A stretch of 64,000 bases of DNA from Octopus vulgaris (GCA_951406725.2 OX597832.1:29760001-29824000), one strand, 5' to 3'; positions 11,227-25,195 are shown, numbered from the stretch's first letter. The notes: generated from the letters alone by a model not told the origin. Made by a program: numbers and translations.

Positions 11227-12337
11227 TTTTCTACTCTAGGCTCAAGGCCTGAAATTTGCGGGGAGGGTGGCCAGTCGATTACATCGACCCCAGTGCGTAA
11301 CTGGTACTTATTTAATCGACGCCGATTGAACTCAGAACGTAGCGGCTGACGAAATATCTATTTCTTTACTACCCACAAAGGGCTAAACACAGAGAGGACA
11401 AACAAGGACAGACAAACGGATTAAGTCGATTATATCGACCCCAGTGCGTAACTGGTACTTAATTTATCGACCCCATAAGGATGAAAAGCAAAGTCGACCT
11501 CGTCGGAATTTGAACTCAGAACGTAGAGGCAGACGAAATACCTATATCTTTACTACCCACAAGGAGCTAAACACAGAGAGGACAAACAAGGATAGACAAA
11601 CGGATTAAGTCGATTATATCGACCCCAGTGCGTAACTGGTACTTATTTAATCGACCCCGAAGGGATGAAAGGCAAAGTCGAACGCAGCGACAGACGGAAT
11701 ACCGAACATTTCGAACGTAGAGTGCTAGACGAAATACCTATATCTTTACTACCCACAAGGAGCTAAACACAGAGAGGACAAACAAGGATAGACAAACGGA
11801 TTAAGTCGATTATATCGACCCCAGTGCGTAACTGGTACTTAATTTATCGACCTCGAAAGGATGAAAGGCAAACTCAGAACGCAGCGACAGACGAAATGAA
11901 CCCAGAACGCATTTCGCCCGGCGTGACTAACGTTTCTTATTTTTTTACTACCCACAAGGGGCTAAACACAGAGGGAGAAACAAGGACAGACAAACGGATT
12001 AAGTTGATTATACCGATCCATAGTGCGTAACAGGCACTTCTTTAATCGGATGAAAGGCAAAGTCGACCTCGGCGGAATTTGAACCCAGAACGTAGCGGCT
12101 GACGAAATACCTATTTCGAGCAGCTTGCTAACTGCCACAAGGGAATTATAATCCTTTCAGAAAGACAAACAAGGATAGACAAACGGATTAAGTTGATTAC
12201 ATCGACCATAGTGCATAACTGGTACTTATTTAATTGACCCCGAAAGGACGAAAGTCAAAGTCAACCTCGGCGGAATTTGAACTCGGAGCGTAAAGACGGA
12301 CGAAATGCTTAACAGCATTTTGTTCGGCGCACCAACG
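11227..12337 (-). mobile_element. Tandem array of SINE B modules (about 6 units of roughly 180-200 bp)
   Basis: Repeated TTTACTACCCACAAG...GACAAACGGATTAAGTCGATTATATCGACCCCAGTGCGTAACTGGTAC blocks near 11361, 11545, 11743, 11941 and 12170. Confidence 0.9.
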
Positions 12338-12419
12338 TGTGTAATTCTTTCAAAATTGTGATACAAGACCAGTAATTTTTCGGAGTGAGAAAGTCAATTA
12401 TATCGACTCAAATTCTCAA

Positions 12420-13530
12420 CAACTTCCTCTCAGCCCATTTCTGGACAAAACAGGATACCCTATACGTCACCTCGTTCCCTTTTCCGGCCCACATGAAGGT
12501 CGAGACCGAAGTAGACCACCAAATACTTTAACCGGTTCATCGATCCAGCGTCGCACTACGCTGACCGACGACACGGACCTGCTTCTCCAGGTGCTCATGT
12601 GTCCAGCAGTCAACCCACCGATTTGTTTGTGTTGGTCTTGGTCCCTGCCTCCGACTCGAATTCCTTTCCAATAGTGCTGACCGTTTCCACACTGACACGG
12701 TTATTCTGACTTCTAATTCAAAATGGATGCCTCTCAACTGTTCCAAGTTTCAGAACAGTGGCTCAAGACCCAGTATGTATAGAAGAGGCGAGAGCGGGAA
12801 ACCCTGACGGACCAAGCGTGCGATGCGAAATGGTTCCGAGCGATAGCTGATTACTTTCACCACCAATCAGGTGCCACTGTGCATTGCAGCGATCCAGCCT
12901 CGGAAAGAGGATTCAAACCCGACTGACGGCTTCCAAGTAACGATGGCTTCCAAGTTTCCGACTGATCCAAATTAATCAGAGCACCATCGAAGCTTTCTTT
13001 GTTTCTAACTCTTCCAGTGATATATCGTATAGGATGGAGGTTGTTGTGGATAGACCTATTCTAGGTTACGCCTATTTGCGCTTCCCTGACAAGGCCACCT
13101 TTTGCTAACACCTTGACCAAAATCTGTGTTTAGCTCAGCTATGAACTGGAAATTACTTACCAAGTTCCATTTGCCGTCTTCCTTTTTTAGCAGTGTTACA
13201 ACTCCCCACCTCACGGCATTATGAATTCTTCCTATCTGCTGCCAGTTGCGGTAAACATCTATCAAGATGTCTCCAAATAAGTCTGGCATGAACTCATAGA
13301 ATTCGTAGAGCAGACCATGCAAATCGAGTGATTTGCTCCTTACGCAACTGTTCATTGCATCCCGTATTTCAGCAGCCGTTATCGGATTTTTATAGAACCT
13401 CGCCTCTTCTGCAGGTCGTCGAGGTTGGAACGAAAGTCCTCTGCCGTCTCCGGACCACCGCTTGCCCCGAACAATCAACGAAGTGCTGTCGGGAAACCAC
13501 TTACATCGGCTCAGAACTAAGTGGCACCCG
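12420..13530 (-). mobile_element. Degraded L1/Tx1-clade LINE reverse transcriptase fragment
   Basis: KSLDLHGLLYEFY (KSPGxDGLxxEFY), GVVTLLKK...NFQFIAELN, RQGFPLSPLLY, VQKWAERKL. Confidence 0.85.
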
Positions 13531-14016
13531 TCCATCCCGATACGACATTGAGTGTGGTTGTGTTTCTACTTTGCAACTCTGCTATTCCAGCCCATCGGAA
13601 TGGTGTTGTTTCCTCGTGTTTCCTGAATATTAACAGAATTTGGTCGTCCAGATTGAGGGGAATCCACAAGAGAAACGTTTCCCGTGTGAAACTTGCCTTA
13701 TCATCGCTGGCATGTCTGGACACTTAAAAGCTTTATTTTCATAGACAGAATGACTAATTCTTGCTGCTTCCATTGCAGAAGAGCCCCTTTTGAATTCTTA
13801 CCGTTTGCAGTGATTGATATGGGTCTGAGCCATTAAACAATATCGTTTTAAAATGGTAAAATTTATACAAATGTAACCACTTTGGTTTAAAGTAACTTAT
13901 AAAGAAGAAAAAAACCCCATTAGACTATAAACAGTGAGGCTTGTTTTACTGTAAATATTTAAAAGATATCGTCAGTGATGTTAACAAAATTCCGACAGGC
14001 TTTCTTTCCAAAGTAA

Positions 14017-14018
<2 letters not shown>

Positions 14019-14082
<64 letters not shown>
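14019..14082. repeat. (GT)n microsatellite
   Basis: Read directly. Confidence 0.97.
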
Positions 14083-14084
<2 letters not shown>

Positions 14085-15014
14085 TGGTGTGTTGGGTGTG
14101 GGTGTGAAGATGGTGCTAAGCAACGTTTTTTGTACTCCAATTGTACGCGGAGTCATTCATTATTAACTGTCAGAAATATCTTGACTAGACGTCACTGTTC
14201 ACCCCCGGGCCAACTCTTACTGAACAGGCCTACCATCAACAATATCCCAGCTGTGGATATCTGTTCTTTTTAGGGGTGTCTAGGACTATATTATTCTAAA
14301 GTGTTTCATTTTTTAGCTCCCGAAACTGTGCGATATGAGTTCGGGGAGACTTGGCTGCTATTTCTAGTAGACCTGTCCCCTACGCATATGCACCCTGTTG
14401 GTTGCACCAGTCAGCAGTTGAACAAGTTGGTGGAGGCCGTCTCTCTCTCTCAGTTTGAAAAAATGCGTCTATCAAAGTACAGGCTCTGCCAGGGACGCGG
14501 TCCATTGTTAGTTAAGATGTCGAAAAGGTTTGGAGCAACGACTGTATCAAGTCTTTTCTCTCCACCCCCCACCACCACCCATTTGTCAACATTTAGAAGA
14601 GATCAGATTTCGGGTTTGCCCTACATCGCTTCTTCGCCAACAGCGGACCACAGCGGGGGGACAGCAAAACACACGCATCACATTTTCAGGGATGCAACAA
14701 AGCAGAAATACTAAGTGAAGATTAAATTGACAAACGGCTTCTACACCCCCACCCCCACTCCCTCCCTTCCTCCCTTCCTCCCTTCCTCTCTCTCTCTCCT
14801 AACTTCCTTCTTTTTCCCCTTCTTCTTTCTCCCTACTTCTCTTTCTTTCTCTCTCTCATTGATTCGTTCTTTTTACCTTCTTTCCCTACACACACATAGA
14901 TTCACACACTCTGATACATCTACTCTCAGCCATACACACTCTCTCTCTTCTCACGCGCTCTCCCCCACCCCATTTCTTCCTTTCTATCGTTATGTGTTTC
15001 TTTCTCACTCTGTA

Positions 15015-16041
15015 TACATACATACATACATACATACATACATACATGCATACATACTTGCATACATACATGCATATATGCATGCATACATACATACATA
15101 CACATAGACATATATATACATTCGTACATAATACATACATACATACATGCATACATACATGCATGTATATATATATACATACATACATCTATGCCTACAT
15201 ACATCTATGCATACATACATACATACATACATACATACACACATATGCATACATACATACATACATAGATATGCATACATACATACATACATACACACAC
15301 ACACATACATACATACTTACATACATACATGCATACATACACACACACATACATACATACATACACACATACATACATACATACATACATACATACATAC
15401 ATACATACATACATACATACACACATACAAACATACATACACACACACATACATGTGTATGTTTGTGCGGAAGCGTGTGTGTGTACACAAATGTGCATGT
15501 GTGTACATATACACTTATATGTATATAAATATATATAGTGGCACGCATACATATCTATGTGTACACGCATTTACACACACATGTATGTATGTGCGTGTGT
15601 GTGGGTGTGTGTGGGTGTGTGTATGTATATATGTATGCATGTTATATGTGTCTGCGCTTTCTCGAACCATGCTGTACCCATTCCCACCCTTTTTGTGTTA
15701 TAATACCCTGAACTCATAGATGCGCGCACGCACACACTCACACACACACATACAGACACACACACGCATACAAATACACACATGCACGCACGCAGAGGCC
15801 CACGCAGAGATACATACACACGTAAAAACATGTGCTTGCATGCACAAGTAAGTGAATAACCATGCAAAGACGGAAACACGAGTGCGCGCACTCACACATC
15901 AAGGCACGTGCGTGTGTGTGCGTGTATACATCAAACACTACAACTGAAGCAAAACAGATTCAAGATTCACCTTTTTTTCTTTTTAAAAAACATGCCAAAC
16001 AGTATCCTGTAAAGTCTCGGAAAAGACAGACATGCACGACA

Positions 16042-16073
<32 letters not shown>

Positions 16074-16150
16074 ACGCACACACATACACACACACACGCG
16101 CGCACACAGAGGAACGCACACGCACACACATACATGTATGTGTGTTTATG
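15015..16150. repeat. Compound TACA/CA/TG low-complexity region
   Basis: Read directly. Confidence 0.92.
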
Positions 16151-17067
16151 TGTAAAGCTATAAAATACAGACGTGTGAATAATGTGAAGTTAACAAGACT
16201 AAAAGCAATGAGTAACAATTTGATATTTTTCATCTATGTTTCACGCTACCGCTTATGGCTACGACTAAAGACACTAAGTTAAGCGCTAAATGTTTGAAAT
16301 ATTTAAAATCTAATAATTTAATCACTGGTAAATAGAAATATAAAATAAAAATATTTTTGCATATATATACTTCTGAATATATTCTTTTGGTGAACACTTT
16401 AGTTGCGGCGAAAAGTTTAAACTCAATATCAAAGATATAAAATCTGTCTTATTGTTACATTACTAAATGGGGTGTACAGCATTATTTCCCAATTGGTTAC
16501 ATGGAGTTAAGTTCCCGGTTGATTATGTGGACGCAAGACTTTCAATAAAAATTCTGTGTACAAAGTCAGTTGCAGGTACATTAACAATCTGAGTAAGGTA
16601 GCAAACAAACATAAATTAACGAAATTGTTGAACGCAGTTCTGACAAGTATTCATTCCATACGCAATTGTGCAAGCATTAATTTACACTCACTCTATGGTG
16701 CACGTCTCATTAAGGTATTGCTGTATGGTGACAAAGTGAAGTCGATAAACTATTGTGGACAGTTTAACAGCACGTACTTTTAAGATTAAGTATACACAAC
16801 ACACTTATTCTTTATGGCACGCGGAGGAAAGGAATGTTACATCACTCCAGCAACATGAAAGATGTATGTATGTATGTATGTATGTATGTATGTATGTATG
16901 TATGTATGTATGTATGTATGTATGTATGTATGTATGCATGCATGTATGTATGTGTGCATGTATGTGTGTGTGTGTGTAAGAGAGTACAAGGAAAAGCATT
17001 TGTAGTGTTATAAAATACAGAATAAAAGTTTCTTGTGAAATAAAATTAACAGTTTTAGCAAAAAATC

Positions 17068-17081
17068 GTTACCATGGTGAC
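17068..17081. promoter_or_regulatory. RFX X-box-like palindrome
   Basis: GTTACCATGGTGAC. Confidence 0.3.
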
Positions 17082-17949
17082 GCTCCTTCTGAAATTGACG
17101 ATGAAAGTAAAGATGATGTGACAATGATGGAAAAGATATCGATATCGATTAAAAAGCATTGCGAAATCGGCCGAAGAGATTGAATCAACGAAGTGTGAAA
17201 TAAGGAGCAATGACCGCCACAGACAAGATTTTAATAAAGAACATTAAGAAACACTCTGTCAAAAGTCATCGCTACCCACAAATGGTTGAACCTACTCAAA
17301 TCAAACCAGCTAAAAATACCAAAAAAAAAAAAAATAATAATAATTCGCAAGATGATCGCACATGCATGAAACCTTTGATGCGAGTATAAGGGCAGTTTGA
17401 ATAAGCAATATACTTTATATCGTGAACTGAGTACTCTCTTCTGCTGCTGACGACTGTTTTACTCCAATAACACTTGGAGCATGTTCTGATATCATATAAC
17501 TCATTGCTTGCAGCTTATTCCGTGAAGCATGACCAGATTTTGGTGCACCAAAACAACTGCGCAGAAAAAGAATCAAGTTGCACCTCTCTTTGTTTTGTTT
17601 TTTTAAGGATACAAGGACTCAGTACCGCAGAGGTATAGTTCAAGATGACACACTTTCAGTAAACTCGTCTGTCCTTCTTGTTAAAGCAATCTAAAGAGTA
17701 TATAATTGGCCCACAGGAATAGAGAAACGTCAACATAACACAGTGCTTCTTTGTAGATGATTAGAAAATATATGCCAAGGATATGGATGGTGTGAAGGAA
17801 AGCTTTGACCTAGATACGGCATTCTCAAAAGGTTCAGGATGGAGTAATGCCACAATAACTGTTCTTTCATGGTCTCGTGAAACGAGGAAGACCTATAGGT
17901 CCATCTAGTAATATTACTCTTAATGGCATGGCTATTTCTCCGATATTGA

Positions 17950-19330
17950 ATGGGAAACGTTGCTGGTACATAGGAATGGACGAAGATGTTTTCTGTGATG
18001 GAACTTGTAACAAGGAAAGCATAACTAGGGGGAAAGAATTCCAGAATAAATAAACTAAAGTCCTTTGGACTAACCACCTACAATAAATTGATAGCAGACA
18101 AAGTATTTATTGCATAAGAGTTCGTACCAACATTTGAGCAACTCGATTGGGCGCCAGACGAGAACCAGGTTACTGATGCTAAAACCCGAAAATCCTTAAC
18201 ACGTACTAGAATTTTCTTTTCTACTCAAGGCACAAGGCCCGAAATTTTGGGGGAGGGGTCCACTCAATTAGATCGAACCCACTGCGCAAATGGTACTTAA
18301 TTTATCGACCCCGAAAGGATGAAAGGCAAAGTCGACCTCGGCGGAATTTGAACTCAGAACGTAACGACAGTCGAAATACATATTTCTTTACTACCCACAA
18401 GGGGCTAAACACAGAGAGGACAAACAAGGACAGACGAACGGATTAAGTCGATTATATCGACCCCAGTGCGTAACTGGTACTTAATTTATCAACCCCGAAA
18501 GGATGAAAGGCAAAGTCGACTTCGGCGCAATTTGAACTCGGAACGAAATACCGGCAGACGAAATACCGCTAAGCATTTCGCCCGGTGTGCTAACAATTCT
18601 GCCAGCTCACCGCCTTAACATACTAAAAATTTCTACACAAAAAATGATGTAGAATGTGTTCATTTAATGCGAAAACAAAGCAGCAGGGATTAACTTTGAT
18701 CAGAACAACCTTTGAATGTTACATCATAATCCCTTTGGCAACATCTGCTAACGATCAAATGTAGTGGATCAGTTCTTTATTTGAGAGGCGAGTAACATCA
18801 TGGGAGTTGGAAAGAGGCTTCTCAGAAAGTATTCCTTGAGTGATGACCTTGGACATACAGACGGAAAAGCTGCACAAGTCTACCGCAATGTGCCATCAGG
18901 AGTAAGGTTACAAACATGCCAGAAGGGAGTCATATATGACGATATTCTCAACCGGATTTCGAAATGACAGCAACATTGATAACCAGAGTAGACTTTTCCT
19001 GGACTAACACCCAGGGTATTAGCTCTCACTTTGAAGGATATACTTTTAAAATACCGGAGGAGGAAATAATCACAGAATATCTGATGCACAAAAGGAAGAA
19101 GCATGCTGATAACCACCGAGACATGACAACCTATGAAGATCTTATTGAATGAAAATCAAAGATCAACCACATCATAAGTAGCGGCCCCAAAATGTCCTCA
19201 CGATAATTAGCTCCCTATAAGAAACAATGTCGTGGCTAGAACACTATATAATGAAATCCATTGAAAGGATAATCCCGAGGAGATAAATATAAGAAGTTAC
19301 AGTGACGTGGTTGGCACAACCACGTATACC
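17950..19330 (+). mobile_element. Degraded R4/Dong-clade RLE non-LTR retrotransposon, interrupted by SINE B; may extend 5' to about 17100
   Basis: Peptides PTFEQLDWAPDE...DAKTRK, NDVECVHLMRKQSSR, FSWTNTQGISSHFEGYTFKIPEEEIITEYL and NHIISSGPKMSSR...RNNVVARTLYNEI resemble the R4 thumb and CCHC region. Confidence 0.75.
18216..18614 (-). mobile_element. SINE B dimer inserted in the R4 relic
   Basis: Two Nin-like modules, head GGCGGTGAGCTGGCAG at 18614; degenerate TSD TTAACA..TACTA. Confidence 0.9.
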
Positions 19331-19462
19331 TCGAAAGATTACCTGATAGAATGTCTCAGTCAAGACTTGGATAATCTCTAAATACAACATTCCAGACATA
19401 ATGATTGGGGAGGGGGAAAAACGATGCAGAGTAGTTGAAATCGGTTGTCCAGGAGAGGCTAA

Positions 19463-19546
19463 CAGTATTTCCCAACCAGGGTTCCACGGACCCCTGGTGG
19501 TTCACAAAGCTAGAACTGGGGGTCCGTGAACTAAATTCAAAATTTC

Positions 19547-19582
<36 letters not shown>

Positions 19583-19656
19583 ATGTATATAAGGATAAGC
19601 ATATTAAAAGGGGTCCTTGAGAAAACTCATTTAAATAAAAGGGTTGGGAACCACGG
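19463..19656. mobile_element. hAT-type MITE
   Basis: CAGTATTTCCCAACC...GGTTGGGAACCACGG termini; internal inverted GGACCCC/GGGGTCC; no clear TSD. Confidence 0.7.
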
Positions 19657-20466
19657 TGAAAAAGAGAAGGTCCAAATTGAACAGATGAGAAATCTGCAGG
19701 TATTTATTTCGTCCAGATTATAAATCTAGGTTTCTTCTAATCCTTATGAATCGCTTGGGGCCATGTGATTAACTGCCGTCGGTTTCGTTACACAAAGGAA
19801 GTATAGGACAGGGTGGTGCCTCCTTACAGTTAAATAGACTGGGCTGTCGACAACGCGGGATACGAAACTGCAACGCTCCTGTTACTGTCAACTGATCACC
19901 TAAACAAAAACGAAGAAACTTAAGAAGCCCTTAAGTCCCAGAAATCGTTTGTCAGAACCACGATGCAGAAACATTCACCGCAATACTGAAGTGAACAGGA
20001 TACTCTACGACAGGAGAACCAATTATTGAGACCGAAGAAATCTTGACTTCCAATCTGTTTTCTTAAAACTACTTCTTATCGCTTCCTATGTTTATTTTCT
20101 GTGTGGCCCCTTCCCGTCCTATTCTTATAGATCTCTTCTGCCAGTTCTTCTCTTAAAGACGTGAATTATTTCATAACTAATGGCGAGATGTTTAAATAGA
20201 GCGATCGAGTTGACATGAGTAGCTTGCAAAATAAATGTTATTTTACCAACTTTGATTTCCCCAGAGGATCGAGTCAGCAAAAACATCCCTAAACCTATCT
20301 AACAGGCAAAAGCATGTCCTTGTCACAATTAGAGTCTAAGGTTTCGCTGCATCTTACTAGCAAAACCTCACACAAACCTCATCTAACGACAGATTCACTT
20401 GACATCCTCAACGTCCCAGTACACAGATGGTGGGGTACGCGCAAGCAGATATTCATTACCCCTGCT

Positions 20467-20491
20467 CTCCTCCTCCTCCTCCTCCTCCTCC

Positions 20492-20530
<39 letters not shown>

Positions 20531-20760
20531 ACATCCTTGTCACCTTTTTTCTTTTTTTCTACTTCTTTCATCCTATTCTCAACCTCCACCTTCTTCTTCT
20601 TTTTCTTTTTCTTCTTCTTCTTCTTCTTCTTCTTCTTCTTCTTCTTCTTCTTCTTCTCCTCCTCCTCTCCCTCTCCTCCTCCTTCATCCTCTTCCCCTTC
20701 CTCCGCTCTCTCCTTCTCCTTGTCCTCGTTCTCATCCTCCTCCACATCATCCTTCTCCTC
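20467..20760. repeat. Compound (CCT)n/(CAT)n/(CTT)n tract
   Basis: Read directly. Confidence 0.95.
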
Positions 20761-21272
20761 CGTTTATTCTATTTCTCCTATCCACCCCGATACGACCTAT
20801 TTGTCCTATTGTATACTCCATATACGGGTATACATACGGGTACATATATATATAATTGTGTTTATGTAACAATTCTATTCTTGAAAAAAGTTACTGCATT
20901 GATTTCTAGAACTTTGAACATTTTTTCTAATATTCTTTCAGCTTTTTTTTTGGTCTTTTTTTAAACATTTTTTTGTTTTATCTTCCGTCTGACCCTGTTT
21001 TCTCTTTATAAAAATAAATTACTCGAACGATTCTCATCATTTCTTTAAAACCCGAAAAGCAGCAAAAATTCTGCCAAAGGCTGTACAGAGGCGATCACTC
21101 AAGAGTGTGACCTAAATCAAATCGTGACAACTTCTCGTCCCGTCGGCAGCTTCACTCGATACATGCGTCTTCAGTAAATATGGCAGAAGAGAAGCAGTTG
21201 GAAGCATCTTAGTTCGTTGAACTGCTTCTTATAAAACTGTTTATTTTATCTGAAACTTGCTTTTCTTCAGTT

Positions 21273-21667
21273 CTGTGTGGTAAGTAGCTTGCTTACCAAC
21301 CACATGGTTCCGGGTTCAGTCCCACTGCGTGGCAACTTAGGCAAGTGTCTTCTACTATAGCCTCGGGCCGACCAAAGCCTTGCGAGTGGATTTGGTAGAC
21401 GGAAACTGAAAGAAGCCCGTCGTATATATGTATATATATATTATGTGCGTGTGTGTTTGTGTGTCTGTGTTTGTCCCCCTAGCATTGCTTGACAACCGAT
21501 ACTGGTGTGTTTATGTCCCCGTAACTTAGCGGTTCGGCAAAAGAGACCGATAGAATAAGTACTGGGCTTACAAAGAATAAGTCCTGGTGTCGATTTGCTC
21601 GATTAAAGGTGGTGCTCCAGCATGGCCGCAGTCAAATAACTGAAATAAGTAAAAGAGTAAAGAGTAA
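21273..21667 (+). mobile_element. SINE family A
   Basis: Near-full-length match to the other A copies. Confidence 0.92.
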
Positions 21668-21699
21668 GGAGTATATCTATCTACACTATTAACAGTAGA

Positions 21700-22082
21700 G
21701 GCGCAATGGCCCAGTGGTTAGGGCAGCGGACTCGCGGTCATAGGATCGCGGTTTCGATTTACTGATCGGGCGTTGTGGGTGTTTATTGAGCGAAAACATC
21801 TAAAAGTTCCACGAGGCTCCGGCAGATGTAGCGGTGGAGAATCCTGCTGTATTCTTTCACCCCCAACCTGCCCTCATTCTTTCTTCCTGTTTCTATTGTA
21901 CCTGTATTTCAAAGGACCAGCCTAGGTCACACTCTGTGTCGTGCTGAATCTCCCCGAGAACTATGTTAAGGGTACGCATGTCTGTGGAGTACTCAGCCAC
22001 TTGCACGTTAATTTCACGAGAAGACTGTTCCGTTGATCGGATCGACTGGAACCCTCGTCGTCGCAACCGACGGAGTGCCACG
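21700..22082 (+). mobile_element. SINE family C (tRNA-Arg-like head; Meta-like body)
   Basis: A box TGGCCCAGTGG, B box GGTTTCGATT; 13-bp TSD ACACTATTAACAG (21683-21695 and 22083-22095). Confidence 0.88.
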
Positions 22083-22282
22083 ACACTATTAACAGCAGCA
22101 GTTCTCATATCGTTTCTTTCTGAACGACATTTACTTTGGATTCAAAATAGGGGAGATTCAGAGTATTTCGACTTTGCGGACATGTGGGGTAACTTGCAGA
22201 TCCTTAATTGATTTAAAGAACAAATGTTTAGGGAATTACTATTTTTAAATCTCACAACGAGAGATGATTCAGCAACAGTAAT

Positions 22283-22632
22283 TTGTAGTAAAGATTGTTT
22301 ACCAACATAACATGGCAGTCCTGGTTTAGGACTAATGATGCTGTAATTTAGCCCCAGGAGACATCGTCTCCAGCTGGCTATACGACATAATCTGTGTCAT
22401 TATATTTTCGAACAAGGGAATCTAGCATCCCCCATTCAGCTCAAAACAAATTATGATACACAGATATTGTTTTGAGCTGAGTGGGGGTGCTACGTTCCCT
22501 TGTTCGAAAATATAAGGACACAGATAATGTCATATAGCCAGCTGGAGACGATATCTCCTGGGGCTAAATTAGAGCAACATTAGTCTTAAACCAGGACTGC
22601 CATGTTATGTTGGCAAACAATCTTTACTACAA
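22283..22632. mobile_element. Palindromic (foldback) MITE of about 350 bp
   Basis: TTGTAGTAAAGATTGTTT...AAACAATCTTTACTACAA; arms of about 165 bp with scattered mismatches and a short loop near 22450-22467. Confidence 0.9.
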
Positions 22633-22989
22633 CTGTTTAGGGCTTAGCTAGAAAAAGAAGAAGAAACATTCATAACCCTTTTAAAGTCCGCTGAGACTGG
22701 TAAAAGGAAGAGAGCTGGTTAGTCCTATACTGCAGAGCTGGCCCTTGTAAGAGCGTAGATTTCTCCATTAAAGGTACACAAGGGTTAGGTGGTGGGGGGT
22801 TAAACCGGAAGATGGATCAAGGCTGCCACGCAACAGTGTTCAGAAGAACATTTAGTTGTTGTTGTTGTTGTTGTTGTTGTTGCACAACTATACTCAGCTG
22901 GAACATGTATGAAATGACATAGCTCTTCTAATGATTAGGGGCTAAATTGACCTTGACAGGACAACAGAATCGAAACCTAAACCGAAAAA

Positions 22990-23350
22990 CATATGGTTCA
23001 GACTGGGAGATGCAAGTGGACCTGAAGGATAGACTTGTCTTCCTAGAGGAGACAGCAATAACAACACTCCGATCAGACATGTTCCTGCTCTTCAGGTATA
23101 CAAAAACAATCATCGTAGTCGAACAAACAGTACCCTGGGAAGACAGATTCGATATTTTCCACCAGGTAAAGAGATCGAAATATCAGGACTTAGTCGATGA
23201 GGCTCTTATCAAGGGCTGGCATGAGGCCTTATTCCTCATTGAAGTCGGCTGCCGTGGCTTTTCATCTGTGTCAGTGCGTTATTTCTTTCAGAAGATTGGT
23301 CCGGAACCCAGGCAACAAAAGAAAGCCATCAAGGAAATGGCTAAGGTTGA
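22990..23350 (+). mobile_element. RLE endonuclease fragment of a Hero/NeSL-like non-LTR element
   Basis: DWEMQVDL...TTLRSDM...VEQTVPWED...KRSKYQDL...IEVGCRGF matches the PD-(D/E)xK RLE signature. Confidence 0.85.
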
Positions 23351-24666
23351 TAAGAGACTGCGATACACCTGTGACCCTAAGATCCCTGCTGACGATACAG
23401 AAGAGGTATCCAGTAGTGCAATGGATTCAAAAAAGCTTGCAAAACCTCTCAGTAGCCTTCAGTTTATTTACCCGTCACCTCCCTATTAATGAGTCACAGT
23501 TAAAAAAGTTGTTTTACCTTAAAAATTACCCTTTTTTAAATTAAAATTTGTGGCAGACATTTTACCAGAAAGAATCTTCCTTCTTTCCACTTCCTGGATT
23601 GTTAACTCCAACACTAACACAACGAAACAACAAGGGACCCTACTAGGTCACAGCTAAGGAACAGTAGCCAAATCTCCCTCAAATCAAATGCGTATTAGAT
23701 GTAGAGGTCAAGGCTAGATTGTCTTTGGTCTCGGGTCAATAAAGATAAACATAGCACTGAACAACACAACAGCATATCTCCTCGAATTCTTGCGATTATA
23801 TTTCTATTTACCCGGCACAAAAATCTTGTTATGTACCCGACTTGTTATCAAAAGATCTTGTCCAGCGTTTAACAACAGAACTATTCACCCTGGTACCCGA
23901 GTCGGGGAGGAGGTCGAATACCATTTTTAGAAAAGTTTGATTAAATTCCATTTGTGTTTATTAAAAAATGACCTAGAATGTTAGTGTAAGAAAACTTCGA
24001 ATCTTCGAGAGAGAGAGAGAGAAAGAAAGTTGCTGTAACAAGTTTAGTAAACCCTTCTTTTAAAGAATATCCAGACTTGTAAAAGCAAGAGAATGTCGGT
24101 GTTTGTTATGTAAGACATCCTGCGAAAACATAGCAACCATCGTCACTTCATTCGCCTAAACTGGCACTACTAGGAATGTCAAAAGGAAGTGATACACACA
24201 AATTGTCATGAACGTCTGCTATTTAGCGATAAAAAATACAAATGATAGAATTGATGTGTAGTGGCAGCGGATAAGGAGCTGACTATCTACAATCAGATAT
24301 TATTAGAGCCGTTTGGGAAGGAGATTGGGAAAGCAGGGGGGGATCGAAAGTCCCTCTGACATTTAGAAGTAAAAGATATTCCATTGGAAACAGCAGAGGT
24401 GTTAAATATCTTCTCCTTCTCCTCCTCCTCCATCCTGTCGGCTCTAATTAAACTAATAGCATTTATCAACACAGATTTCAAAAACAGAAAGAAAAAAACA
24501 GAAAAAAAACTTCAGTCTTGTTTTGTTTTATTCTTTTAATTCTTTCTTCAAGACTTAATTACCACGGCGACTCACAGCAACAGCAATCTACTTCCTCTTA
24601 AGAATGTATACATTGATCTACATCTTTAAAAGGGGACATCGCTCATATACATATGTGTGTGTGTGA

Positions 24667-25053
24667 GGCAGAATCGTTAGCGTGCAGGACGAAATGCTTA
24701 GCGGGTATTTCGCAAGCCGCTACGTTCTGAGTTCAAATTCCGCCGAGGTCGACTTTGCCTTTCATCCTTTCGGGGTCGATAAATTAAGTACCAGTTACGC
24801 ACTGGGGTCGATGTAATCGACTTAATCCCTCTGTCTGTCCTTGTTTGTCCTCTCTGTGTTTAGCCCCTTGTGGGTAGTAAAGAAATAGGTATTACGTCTG
24901 CGGCTACGTTCTGAGTTCAAATTCCGGTGAGGTCGACTTTGCTTTTCATCCTTTCGGAGATCGACAAAATAAGTACCAGTTGAACACTGGAATCGATCTA
25001 ATCGACATGCCCCCTCCCCACAAAATCCAGGCCTTGTGCCTATAGTAGAAAGG
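24667..25053 (+). mobile_element. SINE B dimer
   Basis: Two Nin-like modules, ends GCCTTGTGCCTATAGTAGAAAGG followed by (ATT)n. Confidence 0.9.
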
Positions 25054-25094
<41 letters not shown>

Positions 25095-25095
25095 G

Positions 25096-25139
<44 letters not shown>

Positions 25140-25140
25140 G

Positions 25141-25172
<32 letters not shown>

Positions 25173-25195
25173 GATTATTATTATTATTATTATTC

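Noticed and set aside
21700-21775. Functional tRNA-Arg gene
   Set aside because: Imperfect cloverleaf and continuous with a SINE body bounded by a TSD
24293-24481. ORF MKSVLINA... as a coding exon
   Set aside because: No convincing splice sites or recognisable domain
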